Positions 34,090 to 44,057 of a stretch of 64,000 nucleotides of DNA are shown piece by piece. The position numbers and the translations under genes are program-made. The notes under the pieces are model-generated. The model searched no databases, was not told where the DNA came from, and saw nothing but the letters and a program-made list of their open reading frames with translations. Position 1 is the first letter of the stretch. Each line of letters starts with the position of its first letter. Source of the stretch: Myxococcales bacterium (GTDB lineage: Bacteria; Myxococcota_A; Bradymonadia; UBA7976; UBA1532); NCBI GenBank assembly GCA_002731825.1, contig PCCS01000017.1:123420-187419 (forward strand). The letters are read 5' to 3'.

Positions 34090-35454
34090 ATGAGCAAAGA
34101 GCATTGCCCAGCGTGTGGAACGCCGTCTGTAGAGGGCGTCAACCAATGCCAGAATTGTGGTTATGAGCGTGAAACAGATCTCAGTCCATTTTCTGACAGC
34201 ACCGTACTTGAAGGGCGCTACCGTATCGATGCGGAAGTGGGCCGTGGTGGCATGGGCGTTGTCTATCGTGGAATCGACCTGACTCTGAGCCGGCCCGTGG
34301 CGATCAAAGCCATGTTGTCCAGCAGGACCGACGCGGGCGTCCTCGCACGCTTTATGCATGAGGCTCGGGCATTAGCCAGTGTCGAACACCCTGCCCTGGT
34401 CCCTGTCTATGCTGTCGGGCAAGAGCAAGGGGTCTACTATATGGTCATGCGCTTTATCGAAGGCCGGCCATTGTCCCAAATTATTGAAGAGGATGGTCCG
34501 CTGCCTGGCAAAGCTGTCATCGACATGATGGCGACTATGAGTGAAGCGCTTACGACACTTCACAATCGTGACCTCGTCCACCGTGACGTCAAACCAGCAA
34601 ATATGATCATTGGCAGCGATGGTTCGATCACCTTGATGGATCTAGGCATTGTCAAATCATCAACGGACACAGCTGAGCTGGTCTCGTCGACCACGGGTAC
34701 ACCAAAGTACATGCCTCCTGAAGTCATTTCCGAGAAAGCCGTCGACGGTCGCGCAGACCTTTATGCCCTTGGGGTCGTCGGCTACCAATGCCTCACGGGT
34801 CGGGTTCCGTTCGATGGGCCAACCCCGATGTCGATTTTGTATCAGCAAGCACACACGCCCGCTCCACCCCTTCGCAGTCTCAACAATCAGGTGGATAAAG
34901 CGCTCGCTGACATCATTCATAAACTGCTCGAAAAAAATCCTGAAGACCGCTTCAACTCAGGTGATGAATTGAAAACAGCACTGCTTGCGCCTCAGGCGAC
35001 GCCTGCAAAGAGCCAGGGTGGGTCCCGACACATTGTCATCATCGGTATCTTGGTCGCAGCATTTATTTTCATCTATCAGACGAAGGGCGTCGGTACAGAT
35101 GCACAAGCTGACGCAGCTCTATCTAGAACAGCTCTGGATGTGGGCGTGACGAAGGCCAACTCAACTGACCCCGGATCACTGAAGGCAGCAGATGCCGGTC
35201 GGCCCGATGCCAAATTACCTCAATCGGTCAATCTAGAGGTCCGAATCGTAAGTTCCCCAGGTGGAGCTCGAGTCAGTCAAAAAGGAAAGAGAGTGGGCGT
35301 AACACCACTGACGATCGAGCGGACGAAAGGCAGTGAGGTCGAACGATTCACACTCACCAAAAAAGGCTTCAAAAGGCGAACGCTGAACGTCAAATTTGAA
35401 GAGAATCGAACATATCGAGTCAAGCTAAAGCCAAACTTCAGTTTGATTGAATAG
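34090..35454 (+). CDS. Ser/Thr protein kinase: Zn-ribbon, kinase, TM, PEGA domain
   Basis: CPAC..CQNC; GRGGMG, VAIK, HRDVKPAN, DLG, MPPE; C-terminal SSPGGARV...GVTP. Start ATG 34090 with GAGG RBS. Confidence 0.92.
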   Translation: MSKEHCPACGTPSVEGVNQCQNCGYERETDLSPFSDSTVLEGRYRIDAEVGRGGMGVVYRGIDLTLSRPVAIKAMLSSRTDAGVLARFMHEARALASVEHPALVPVYAVGQEQGVYYMVMRFIEGRPLSQIIEEDGPLPGKAVIDMMATMSEALTTLHNRDLVHRDVKPANMIIGSDGSITLMDLGIVKSSTDTAELVSSTTGTPKYMPPEVISEKAVDGRADLYALGVVGYQCLTGRVPFDGPTPMSILYQQAHTPAPPLRSLNNQVDKALADIIHKLLEKNPEDRFNSGDELKTALLAPQATPAKSQGGSRHIVIIGILVAAFIFIYQTKGVGTDAQADAALSRTALDVGVTKANSTDPGSLKAADAGRPDAKLPQSVNLEVRIVSSPGGARVSQKGKRVGVTPLTIERTKGSEVERFTLTKKGFKRRTLNVKFEENRTYRVKLKPNFSLIE

Positions 35455-35492
35455 CACAAGAGACAAATAGGAAATTCCCGGCAAAATATGTT

Positions 35493-36554
35493 ATGCCTTC
35501 CGTGGATACAGGAAGGGCCATCATGCGTCTGCTACTCGGACTCCTATTTACCATTCTATTGGTGCCTTTGGTCGGAAATGAGGCACATGGAAAGAGTGCT
35601 GTCGAGTTTGCGAAGAGTGCGGCGGCGGCGTACAAAGCTGGGCAATTCGTCGATGCGATAAAAGATTTCAAAGAGGCCAATAAACGACAGCCGGATCCGA
35701 TTCTCGATATAAACATCGGACGATGTTACGAAAAATTAGGACGCTTTGCTGATGCACTTCTGCATTGCAAGATCGCCTTGTCAGCCAGTCCACCAAACAG
35801 TCAAGCAAGAAAAGCAGCCAAGCGATGTATTGAGCGCGTCGAACCGCAATTAGCGCGACCCAAACTCAAGATTTCATCCAGTCCCACGGGCGCAGTCCTG
35901 ACCATCGATGGGGAAAACATGGGAAAGACCCCCTGGACCGGCGACGTGTCACCTGGTCGACGGCAGTTGGATATGGAGTTACAAGGGTATAGACCCTACT
36001 CCCGCTCAGTCATTGCGAAACCGGCCAAAAGCTACAGTCTGAAGGCCGAACTGATTCCAGACAGTGTCGGTGCACTTCTCACGATCACCTCGCTGCCTGC
36101 GGGTGCTGAGATTACCCTGAATGGCCAACTTGTTGGGGTCAGTCCGGTGCGCCGATTGCCGGTGGATGTTGGCGGCTATAACGTGGAGATCAAGCTCGCG
36201 GGCCACATCACTCAAATCATGAGTGTCGCACTTGCCGAAGGCACCCACTTGGAGAAGACCATCACTCTGGTCCCAAATGAAGGGATTCAGCTTAAAGAGC
36301 AAGCTCAATGGCCCGGATGGGCCTTAGTTGGTACGGGTGTAGCGATGGCAGGCCTTGGAGGCTACTTTGGAATCAGAGCGTTATCCCATCGCAATGAAGC
36401 TCGAGACTTGGCAACCACGAGCGGCAGCGAAAATGATCTGCGAGCCTACCGCAATGCAGTCGATACGTTTCGCAACAGCCAAATCACCGCTGACTTGCTC
36501 TACGTTGGCTCTGTCATCTCGACTTCAGCGGGCCTTTTTCTGCTATATTGGTAG
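35493..36554 (+). CDS. TPR + double PEGA domain protein with C-terminal hydrophobic helices
   Basis: Signal peptide; AAAAYKAGQFVDAIKDF..NIGRCYEKLG (TPR); ISSSPTGAVLTIDG...GKTP and ITSLPAGAEITLNG...GVSP. Confidence 0.8.
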   Translation: MPSVDTGRAIMRLLLGLLFTILLVPLVGNEAHGKSAVEFAKSAAAAYKAGQFVDAIKDFKEANKRQPDPILDINIGRCYEKLGRFADALLHCKIALSASPPNSQARKAAKRCIERVEPQLARPKLKISSSPTGAVLTIDGENMGKTPWTGDVSPGRRQLDMELQGYRPYSRSVIAKPAKSYSLKAELIPDSVGALLTITSLPAGAEITLNGQLVGVSPVRRLPVDVGGYNVEIKLAGHITQIMSVALAEGTHLEKTITLVPNEGIQLKEQAQWPGWALVGTGVAMAGLGGYFGIRALSHRNEARDLATTSGSENDLRAYRNAVDTFRNSQITADLLYVGSVISTSAGLFLLYW

Positions 36555-36560
36555 TGGTGT

Positions 36561-38129
36561 ATGGAGCAGACCAAGCGCATGACCCAGCCTCTATCGCGCC
36601 GCGACTTTTTGACCCGCTCGGCGTCATCAGCACTGATACTGCCCCTAAGCGCCCCGGCCATAATTACTCGAGACCATCGCCGGCCAAAATTGGAGCAAGG
36701 GATCGCCACGGGTGACGTGTCGACTTCGGGCGCGGTGGTTTGGAGTCGAGCTGATCGACCCTGCCAGATGTGGGTTGAATGGTCGACCTATCGAGACTTC
36801 CGAACAGCCCACCGCGTGCGCGGGCCGCTCGCTCTGAAAAAGAGTGACTTTACGGCGAAATTAGGACTCGGGCAGCTTCCGCCTGGCCAAGAGTTATTCT
36901 ATCGAATTATCTTCGAAGATCTGAAGACTCACGTTCTATCAGAGCCAAAAACCGGTCGCTTTCGCACGCCCGACTTAACGGGCCTTTGGCCATCTCGCTT
37001 TGCTTGGTCGGGCGATGTTGGTGGTCAGGGCTATGGAATCAATCCAAAAATCGGCGGCATGACAATTTTTGAAGCGATTCGTCAATCCTATCCTGATGTA
37101 TTCTTGCACTGTGGCGATGTCATCTATGCGGACGCGCCCTTGAGGGCAAAAAAAACCGTTGAATCAAAGAAGACATGGCACAACCTGCTCATCCCCGAGA
37201 AGAAAAAGGTCGCAGAGACGCTATCCGAATTTAGAGCGAACTTTCGCTACAATCTAATCGACCATAATCTCAGACAGATGAATGAGACGCTGCCAACCGC
37301 CTTTACCTGGGATGATCATGAAACCAAAAATAATTGGTGGCCAGGCCGGCGGCTCTCGGATGCACGCTATTCGGAAAAGAGCTGCGACCTATTATCAGCT
37401 CGAGCGAGAGCAGCGTTTTTCGAATACTGTCCCCTGGCCCATCGCGCTGACGCACCAGGCCGGATTTACAGACGTCTAAACCAAGGGCCTAATCTCGATA
37501 TCTTCATGGTCGATTCCCGAAGTTATCGAGGGAAAAACGGACCGAATCGTGAAGAACAAATTGGACCGAAATCAGCGTTTTATGGCATCGAGCAATTGGC
37601 TTGGTTATGTCGCAGTCTAGCCGAATCAAGGTCCATTTGGAAAGTCGTGGTCTGCCCTCAACCACTCAGTGTTCTAATCAACCACCGAGGTGGCACCTTC
37701 GAAGGTGCTGGCAACGGATTGGCCGGCCGACCCAGAGGCCGCGAGCTAGAAATCGCAGAGCTTCTCAGCTTTATAAAGCGCAATCACATTAAGAACGTGG
37801 TCTTTGTCACGGCCGATGTCCACTACGCAGCGGCTCATCATTATGACCCAAAACGCGGCAGTTTTAAAGGCTTCAACCCCTTTTGGGAATTCTTAGCGGG
37901 CCCCCTCAATGCCGGCAATTTTGGCCCAAATCCATTGGACCCGACATTTGGCCCAAAACAAGTGTTTCAATCGATACCGAACCACTTAAAGCCTGGGACC
38001 TCACCGCTGTCCGGCCATCAATTTTATGGTCTTGGACAAGTGGACTCGCAAACCAAGCGGCTCACCGTGTCTTTGCATGGTCAGGATGGACGCGAGTTAT
38101 GGTCGACCGAATTGACGGCCGACAGTTAA
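36561..38129 (+). CDS. phoD: Alkaline phosphatase D family protein, Tat-exported
   Basis: Twin-arginine signal LSRRDFL; GIATGDV, GDVIYAD, WDDHETKNNW, DSRSYR, TADVHY. Confidence 0.9.
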   Translation: MEQTKRMTQPLSRRDFLTRSASSALILPLSAPAIITRDHRRPKLEQGIATGDVSTSGAVVWSRADRPCQMWVEWSTYRDFRTAHRVRGPLALKKSDFTAKLGLGQLPPGQELFYRIIFEDLKTHVLSEPKTGRFRTPDLTGLWPSRFAWSGDVGGQGYGINPKIGGMTIFEAIRQSYPDVFLHCGDVIYADAPLRAKKTVESKKTWHNLLIPEKKKVAETLSEFRANFRYNLIDHNLRQMNETLPTAFTWDDHETKNNWWPGRRLSDARYSEKSCDLLSARARAAFFEYCPLAHRADAPGRIYRRLNQGPNLDIFMVDSRSYRGKNGPNREEQIGPKSAFYGIEQLAWLCRSLAESRSIWKVVVCPQPLSVLINHRGGTFEGAGNGLAGRPRGRELEIAELLSFIKRNHIKNVVFVTADVHYAAAHHYDPKRGSFKGFNPFWEFLAGPLNAGNFGPNPLDPTFGPKQVFQSIPNHLKPGTSPLSGHQFYGLGQVDSQTKRLTVSLHGQDGRELWSTELTADS

Positions 38130-38363
38130 AGACAGGCTGACAGATTTCGCCGGTCGGCGGAGTCGAGCAATCTCATCGATAAGACGTGTGCAACTCTTAT
38201 TCCGGGACAGGGCATGGAGACGTTAGTTCGAATACGCCCGGCCCAATAAATGCCCTTGAAAATATCAACCAGCCTCTCATACTGATAGCCAAATACCAGA
38301 CCATGGTCTTGGAGTCGCTACGCCAGGGCGAACTCAATTAACTGCCTCGGGAGAGTCTTCGCT

Positions 38364-39152
38364 GTGTTCATCGATATCGGCCTAAACCTATCAAGCGCCC
38401 AATTTGACATCGACCGACAAGAGGTTCTAGCACGGGCTTTTGATGCGGGCGTGGACCATATGATTTTGACTGGAACCAGCATCGAGGGCAGCCGGCAGGC
38501 GCTCCGACACGCGCGTGTCCAGCCTGGCCGACTGAGCGCAACGGCGGGGATTCATCCTCATGATGCAAAATCATTCGACGCTGACAGTCTCATCCAGCTC
38601 AGAGACCTATGTTTGGCTTCAGAGGTCGTCGCTGTGGGTGAATGCGGCCTTGATTTCAATCGGGACTTTTCACCTCGAGATGCGCAAAAGCTTTGTTTTT
38701 CAGAGCTTGTTCAATTGGCCATAGAGACGCGCCTGCCGCTCTTCTTGCACCAGCGTGATGCACACGATGCATTCATGGAAATCCTGGCTCCGTTAGCGGG
38801 TCAAGTCGTTGGGGGCGTCGTACATTGTTTCACCGGTACGGCTGACCAATTAGACGCCTATCTTGAGATGGGCATGTACATTGGAATTACCGGTTGGATT
38901 TGCGATGAACGCCGTGGACTTGAACTCCGAGATCTACTGCCGCGTATTCCACTCGATCGATTGCTGATCGAAACCGACGCCCCATATTTGATCCCGCGCG
39001 ATTTATCTCCCAAACCAAAATCGCGTCGAAATGAGCCGATGTTTCTGCCACACATCGCCGAGACTATCGCATCAGCAATGAACCTCGACCTCGACCTCAT
39101 AGCCCGAACGACTCGAGAAAATACCCATCGTCTATTCAACCTCAGTTCATAA
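38364..39152 (+). CDS. tatD: TatD family deoxyribonuclease
   Basis: DIGLNL, AGIHPHDA, AVGECGLDFNR, LFLHQRDAH, VVHCFTG, LLIETDAPYL, RRNEP. Confidence 0.93.
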   Translation: MFIDIGLNLSSAQFDIDRQEVLARAFDAGVDHMILTGTSIEGSRQALRHARVQPGRLSATAGIHPHDAKSFDADSLIQLRDLCLASEVVAVGECGLDFNRDFSPRDAQKLCFSELVQLAIETRLPLFLHQRDAHDAFMEILAPLAGQVVGGVVHCFTGTADQLDAYLEMGMYIGITGWICDERRGLELRDLLPRIPLDRLLIETDAPYLIPRDLSPKPKSRRNEPMFLPHIAETIASAMNLDLDLIARTTRENTHRLFNLSS

Positions 39153-39311
39153 ATGGGCAGCGGCCAGAGACGCCGCAGACGCGTGCCGCCCCGACGGGAG
39201 GGATCCGCGTCCACTTGCCAACGGGTTTCTCCGACGAGGTGAGCAAGTCCAAGGCCTGATGAACATGAGCCATTGGTGCCAAATCCAATGTGATGTTGTC
39301 GAACCGAGGGT

Positions 39312-39860
39312 CTAAACCAGTCCCACTAACCAGGTGGCGCGCCCGTGGGCCACGATTGTCCCCTCTTGATCTGTGACATCTGTGCAGACCACGTACTGTT
39401 CTTTACTCGCCGGTTTGATTTTAGGCGCATGACATTCCGCCGATAAGCGCCCCCTTGCTTTTTTGACGAACTCAACCTCGATGTGGGTGACGATTCCCCT
39501 CATGCCCACTGGGAATTGAGACACCATGGCCATGCCCGTTGTTTTCTCGATGAAGTTGACGAGAGCCACTGCATGAACGCTCTGTAAGTGGTTTCGAATC
39601 GCTTTCCTATCCGCCATCGATAATCTGGCATAGCCCGGTGATAGGGCTTCGACCAGGGCCTTTATTGTCCCTGTGTATGGCGCCATTCTCCCGGCCACAT
39701 GACTGAAGAGATGACGGCCACCGGGGATGGATTGAGCTTTGTTCCATAACGTCATCAAACGTTCGCCATTGGCTTCAAATTTTAGTCCGAAAAGGCTCAA
39801 AAGTTTACTCCAAAATCGAGTCAAGTTGATTTTAATATACGGCCAGAAACAGCCGATCAC
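39312..39860 (-). CDS. Hotdog-fold thioesterase-like protein (DUF4442/PaaI-like)
   Basis: PGGRHLFS..APYTGTI, RNHLQSVHAVAL, IEVEFVKKARG; start uncertain. Confidence 0.75.
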   Translation of the reverse strand: MIGCFWPYIKINLTRFWSKLLSLFGLKFEANGERLMTLWNKAQSIPGGRHLFSHVAGRMAPYTGTIKALVEALSPGYARLSMADRKAIRNHLQSVHAVALVNFIEKTTGMAMVSQFPVGMRGIVTHIEVEFVKKARGRLSAECHAPKIKPASKEQYVVCTDVTDQEGTIVAHGRATWLVGLV

Positions 39861-40058
39861 CCCGGGGTTACACTAAAATAAAGGCAGTGGCCAATCTACA
39901 CAAAGCGGCTCATAAAGCCTTAAAACCGTGTCAAATAGACGCCCCGAGACGGGATGAGACTACATTGGCACATTCGGTTGTGCGTCCTAGTCTAGCGAGG
40001 ACGGCCCGTTTGCATTACACTGTCCTCCGGGTATTCAGTTTATAGAAACGGGGATAAT

Positions 40059-41669
40059 ATGGGCGCTTACCAATATAGACTACTGGCATTTGTTGTGTGC
40101 TTTGCAACGTCAGGATGTAATTCGACTGACGATGACGATAACCAAAATCTCATCATGCCGTATTTGGATGCCGGTCCGGTTCCGAGCACTGACGCAGCGA
40201 TCCAAGCGACACCCGAGAGTCTAACCTTGACTCTCGAGCAAGCCTCTTTTGCCGCCGACTCAAGTCAACAGATGACCGCGACCTTGACCTACGATACGGG
40301 CGATACAGACGACGTGACGTCGAGTGTCACATGGAGCTCATCAGACGAGGCCGTTGCCCGCTTTAGCGAGACTCAATCCGGCCTCCTTGACGGCATAGCG
40401 CCAGGACAAACCAGCATAACAGCGGCCTATGACGGGCTGACAAGCGATGCGGTCAATGTCGAGATTACCCCTCAACCGGGTGTGTTGACAGCGACACCCA
40501 ATCAATTCGCTGGTCTACCCGGAGACTCAGTCACCTTCAGTGTCCAAGAAATGGCTGGCGACGCGGTCTCAGATGTCACCGAGTCCATGACCTGGACGTC
40601 CGCCGACGAGTCCATCGTGACCGTAGACGGTCATATCGCGACAATCATCGGGACCGGAACGACTCAAATCGTCGGGCAATACGGAGCACAGATGGTCACC
40701 ATCGATATCGAGGGAATCGATTGCCAATATCCGGCGAACAATGGACAAATTGCATTCATGGAGGTGTTTCCCGATCTGTTCTGGAAAGACTCATACCTGC
40801 CAGACGGTACACAGGTAAACTTCAGTATGCGGCACTTTCACTGTAGCCCACGATATGCTGACAAAGAAACGCTGATCATCGTCCTCGGCGCGGGTTGGTG
40901 TGGACCCTGTTCTCGGATGACCAGGGACATCCTTAATCCAAGAGCGCCAGAACTCGTCGATATGGGTGCTGAGATCTTATACCTAGAAGCGCAGGACACC
41001 AATTATGAGCTGGCGACAAGCCGCTTTGCCTATCGTCATATTGGCAGTTTGATCGATCAAGGGCCTGGCGTTCGTTCAGGGGAATTAGACACACAGATCT
41101 ACACGGCCGATAGCACACTGATGGATGTGCCCGGTTATGTGCAAGGACAGCCCATCGTAACCGGCTTTCCGTCCGTCTGGGTTTTACGTAAACGGGATAT
41201 GCGACTCATCGCAGACCAAGGCCGCAGCAACTACTACCTACCCTTCGAGCTTATCTGTGCCGATCCGGAAGCTGATTGGTCTAATCCGCCGCCGCCCCCG
41301 TTTCGCTCTAATTGCGAAGAGGGCGATGAAGAGTTGACCGAGCCGAATAACACCGCACAAGAGGCAACCCGTATCGAGCCGGGCGTATTTGAGGGCGGTA
41401 TTTGTGATGCCGAACCTGATTTTTACCGATTCACGATCGCCGGTCCATGGCGCGCACGCCTTGAATTTGATAGCTCTGAGGGCGATCTAGATATGCTGGT
41501 CTACGACAAACGGTCGGAACAACCTGTCCTTGATGAGAATGGCCGTGCTCTGTTATCCAATGGAACCGGAGATGAAGAGGAAATTGTCCATGAGAATGCA
41601 GCCATCCTGATGATCTATGGATATAATCGAACGAGTACACCCTACACATTGACAATCGAGGCCCTATGA
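40059..41669 (+). CDS. Lipoprotein: two Ig-like (Big_2) domains, thioredoxin-fold redoxin (WCGPC), PPC-like C-terminal domain
   Basis: Lipobox TSGC; DVTSSVTWSSSDEAVA and MTWTSADESIVTV; GAGWCGPC with cis-Pro GFP; EPNNTAQEA..DFYRF..GDLDMLVY. Confidence 0.8.
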   Translation: MGAYQYRLLAFVVCFATSGCNSTDDDDNQNLIMPYLDAGPVPSTDAAIQATPESLTLTLEQASFAADSSQQMTATLTYDTGDTDDVTSSVTWSSSDEAVARFSETQSGLLDGIAPGQTSITAAYDGLTSDAVNVEITPQPGVLTATPNQFAGLPGDSVTFSVQEMAGDAVSDVTESMTWTSADESIVTVDGHIATIIGTGTTQIVGQYGAQMVTIDIEGIDCQYPANNGQIAFMEVFPDLFWKDSYLPDGTQVNFSMRHFHCSPRYADKETLIIVLGAGWCGPCSRMTRDILNPRAPELVDMGAEILYLEAQDTNYELATSRFAYRHIGSLIDQGPGVRSGELDTQIYTADSTLMDVPGYVQGQPIVTGFPSVWVLRKRDMRLIADQGRSNYYLPFELICADPEADWSNPPPPPFRSNCEEGDEELTEPNNTAQEATRIEPGVFEGGICDAEPDFYRFTIAGPWRARLEFDSSEGDLDMLVYDKRSEQPVLDENGRALLSNGTGDEEEIVHENAAILMIYGYNRTSTPYTLTIEAL

Positions 41670-42736
41670 AATCGATAATTTTGACACTTGCTTTCGCTCT
41701 GATGACCATCGGATGCGGCTCTGATGAAGAAAGTACCGATACCGGTGATAATCCGCCTCAGGACATGGTTGACGGCGGCACGATGCAAACCGATGCCGGA
41801 TCAGGACCTACACCAGGAGATTCGGGTACCGCGGAAACGGACGCGTCGGTTCCAGGTCCAGGCCCCGGACCCGCTCCAGTTGACCCAGACGAAGGCGAGC
41901 CTCAGGCGTACGCACCGCCCGCAACCCTTACAGCTGATTTCTCCGAGCCCGATCCTGGGCCTGCTGCGGGCTGCAGTGGCACATCTGTGTCGGTGATTCG
42001 TGGTTGGATTGTCGATCGAATTGGGCGCCCGATCTCGGGTGCCAAAGCGCAGCTATGCGTCGTGTCAGAAGGCGGGACAACCCAGTGTTTGGCACCGGAA
42101 GACTCCGGGGACGATGGTGTGTTCAATCTGGCGATTGCACCAGGCGACCAGTGTCTGACTAAAGCGGCCTTTCGGGTTATCAAACCAGGCAGTGGCCGCG
42201 CGCCCATGTACTGTAACGTGCCATTGGACATGGGCTCCGACTCCACGCGCATGATCATGGACATGCCCTTTGTGCTCTACGCTGGTCTGCCACCGGCCGA
42301 TCTCCCAGAGCTTGGCGATGAGATGATGAGCAGGCGCATCACCTTTCAAAACGGCGTCCAGCTGGACCTCAAACCCTTCGATTTGGTCAGCCCCTACGAA
42401 GAACTCGGTATGAGAACAGTCGGCGTGGATGAGCGAGGGCTGTGCTTTTTGGAAGGTCAGACCCCCCCGGCACGTCTCTACGCGTTTACCCCCGACTCTA
42501 CCATCTATGGTGAGGCGACCGTGCGCTTTCCAAACGAGGCAGAACTGGCGCCAAACTCAAAAGTCGACATCTCAATTTTGGGTGGCCTTGGATGTGAACG
42601 CAATGGCGAACACGTCGCTGAAGGTGCATGGGAGTCCATCGGCACAGGGACCGTCAGTGAAGATGGCATTCATATCGAAAGCGATGATGGGACAGTTCTC
42701 ACGTGTTTGACATGGGTGGGATACACCCCGCTTTAG
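41666..42736 (+). CDS. Lipoprotein with carboxypeptidase-regulatory-like/transthyretin-like beta-sandwich
   Basis: Lipobox TIGC; Pro/Asp linker; IRGWIVDRIGRPISGAKAQLC; ATGA-coupled. Confidence 0.65.
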   Translation: MKSIILTLAFALMTIGCGSDEESTDTGDNPPQDMVDGGTMQTDAGSGPTPGDSGTAETDASVPGPGPGPAPVDPDEGEPQAYAPPATLTADFSEPDPGPAAGCSGTSVSVIRGWIVDRIGRPISGAKAQLCVVSEGGTTQCLAPEDSGDDGVFNLAIAPGDQCLTKAAFRVIKPGSGRAPMYCNVPLDMGSDSTRMIMDMPFVLYAGLPPADLPELGDEMMSRRITFQNGVQLDLKPFDLVSPYEELGMRTVGVDERGLCFLEGQTPPARLYAFTPDSTIYGEATVRFPNEAELAPNSKVDISILGGLGCERNGEHVAEGAWESIGTGTVSEDGIHIESDDGTVLTCLTWVGYTPL

Positions 42737-42834
42737 CGGCCAGGCCGATATCCTGATTCGTCCTTTGACAGAATAATTTTTAATACGAAACGTATTGGGC
42801 ATATGGCGTTCCAGTCGAGGAAGGAATCCATAAG

Positions 42835-43482
42835 ATGATTTCACCGCTAAGCATTGTGAGAAGACGCAGGGGAGAGCCCGGATTTTTTCGTACTCTCATA
42901 CTGACCTGCGCGTTGGTGATGTCCGGCTGTTTACAGACACCGGACAAGACTGTGCAGGGAGACTGTGAAGCCGATAGCGGCGCCTGCGACGCACCATCAG
43001 ATCGGTCGAGATACCCAGGCTTTGGTACGGGACCCGGCGCGGTTATCGCCCCCCTTTCCTTTGTCAATGGCGATGGAAGCGAGATGAATCTCGGCCAAAT
43101 CTACTCTGATCCGAGCCGGAAAGTGCTTCTGCTGACCACGTCGGCAGGGTGGTGTACAGCCTGCATTGAAGAACAGCCAAAGTTACAACAACTCCACGGG
43201 GAGTACTACGACCGAGGCTTATCGGTCTTGGTGGTCTTGTTTGAAAAACAAGATTATACGCCGGCCGACGCCCGACTGGCTCGCGCATGGAAAGCTCGGT
43301 ACGAACTGGACTTCGATGTGGTCGCCGACCCGGAGTTCATCATGCAACCGTTCTATCCAAATGGTGACTCGAGTTCGACCCCGATCATATTGGTCATCGA
43401 TATCGATACCATGACAATTCTTGATACGATGGTTGGCTTTCAGGAAGCGGCTGTTCGTGCGTTGATTACGAATAATTTGTAG
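42835..43482 (+). CDS. TlpA/redoxin-family lipoprotein (WCTAC)
   Basis: Lipobox MSGC; SAGWCTAC, VVADP, cis-Pro STP. Confidence 0.85.
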   Translation: MISPLSIVRRRRGEPGFFRTLILTCALVMSGCLQTPDKTVQGDCEADSGACDAPSDRSRYPGFGTGPGAVIAPLSFVNGDGSEMNLGQIYSDPSRKVLLLTTSAGWCTACIEEQPKLQQLHGEYYDRGLSVLVVLFEKQDYTPADARLARAWKARYELDFDVVADPEFIMQPFYPNGDSSSTPIILVIDIDTMTILDTMVGFQEAAVRALITNNL

Positions 43483-43493
43483 GAGAGTTTGAA

Positions 43494-44009
43494 ATGCGTG
43501 TTCTTATCGCCGTAGTCGGTCTCATGTGGTGTCTACCCGCCAGTGCAGGTGAACCCTCGAAAGATCGAGCCCAAGTGTCAAATTTCTCATTGATGACCGC
43601 CAAGGGCGAACAGTTCAAATTTGAGCAAGCCAAGGGCAAGGTTGTGGTGTTGAGTTTTTGGGCGTCGTGGTGCAAGCCGTGTATTCAGGAACTTGGGTTC
43701 CTCCAAAAGTTGTCCAAGAAACTCGACGGTCAGTTTACGGTACTGGCCATCAGCACAGATGATTCCAACACCATCGCAGCGGTTCGAAAAATTGTCCGGC
43801 AGAAAAAACTCAAGATGCCTGTTCTGTTGGATCAACAGGGTTCGGTGATGAGCGAGTACAATCCGCGCGGCGACTTACCTTATTCAGTCTATGTCGACAA
43901 GCAGGGTCGTATTGCGTCGACGCACCAGGGGTTTGTCAGCGGTGATGAATCAAAAATAGAGTCGCTCATCAAAACATTGATTGCGGAACCGGCCACAGCC
44001 AAGAAATAA
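43494..44009 (+). CDS. TlpA-family disulfide reductase (WCKPC), exported
   Basis: Signal peptide; KGKVVVLSFWASWCKPC, VLLD, LPYSVYVDKQG. Confidence 0.92.
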   Translation: MRVLIAVVGLMWCLPASAGEPSKDRAQVSNFSLMTAKGEQFKFEQAKGKVVVLSFWASWCKPCIQELGFLQKLSKKLDGQFTVLAISTDDSNTIAAVRKIVRQKKLKMPVLLDQQGSVMSEYNPRGDLPYSVYVDKQGRIASTHQGFVSGDESKIESLIKTLIAEPATAKK

Positions 44010-44057
44010 TGGACAGAGAGTCTCTGATGTCTCCCGAACCGGTGAAAGTATTTCATT

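Noticed and set aside
38190-38250. tRNA-like GTTCGAAT motif
   Set aside because: No 5-bp T-stem, acceptor stem or cloverleaf can be formed
36561-39152. phoD and tatD as a Tat secretion locus
   Set aside because: TatD is a cytoplasmic nuclease unrelated to translocation; no tatABC here
39150-39311. Short ORFs between tatD and the hotdog-fold gene
   Set aside because: Under 45 aa, no RBS or motif support
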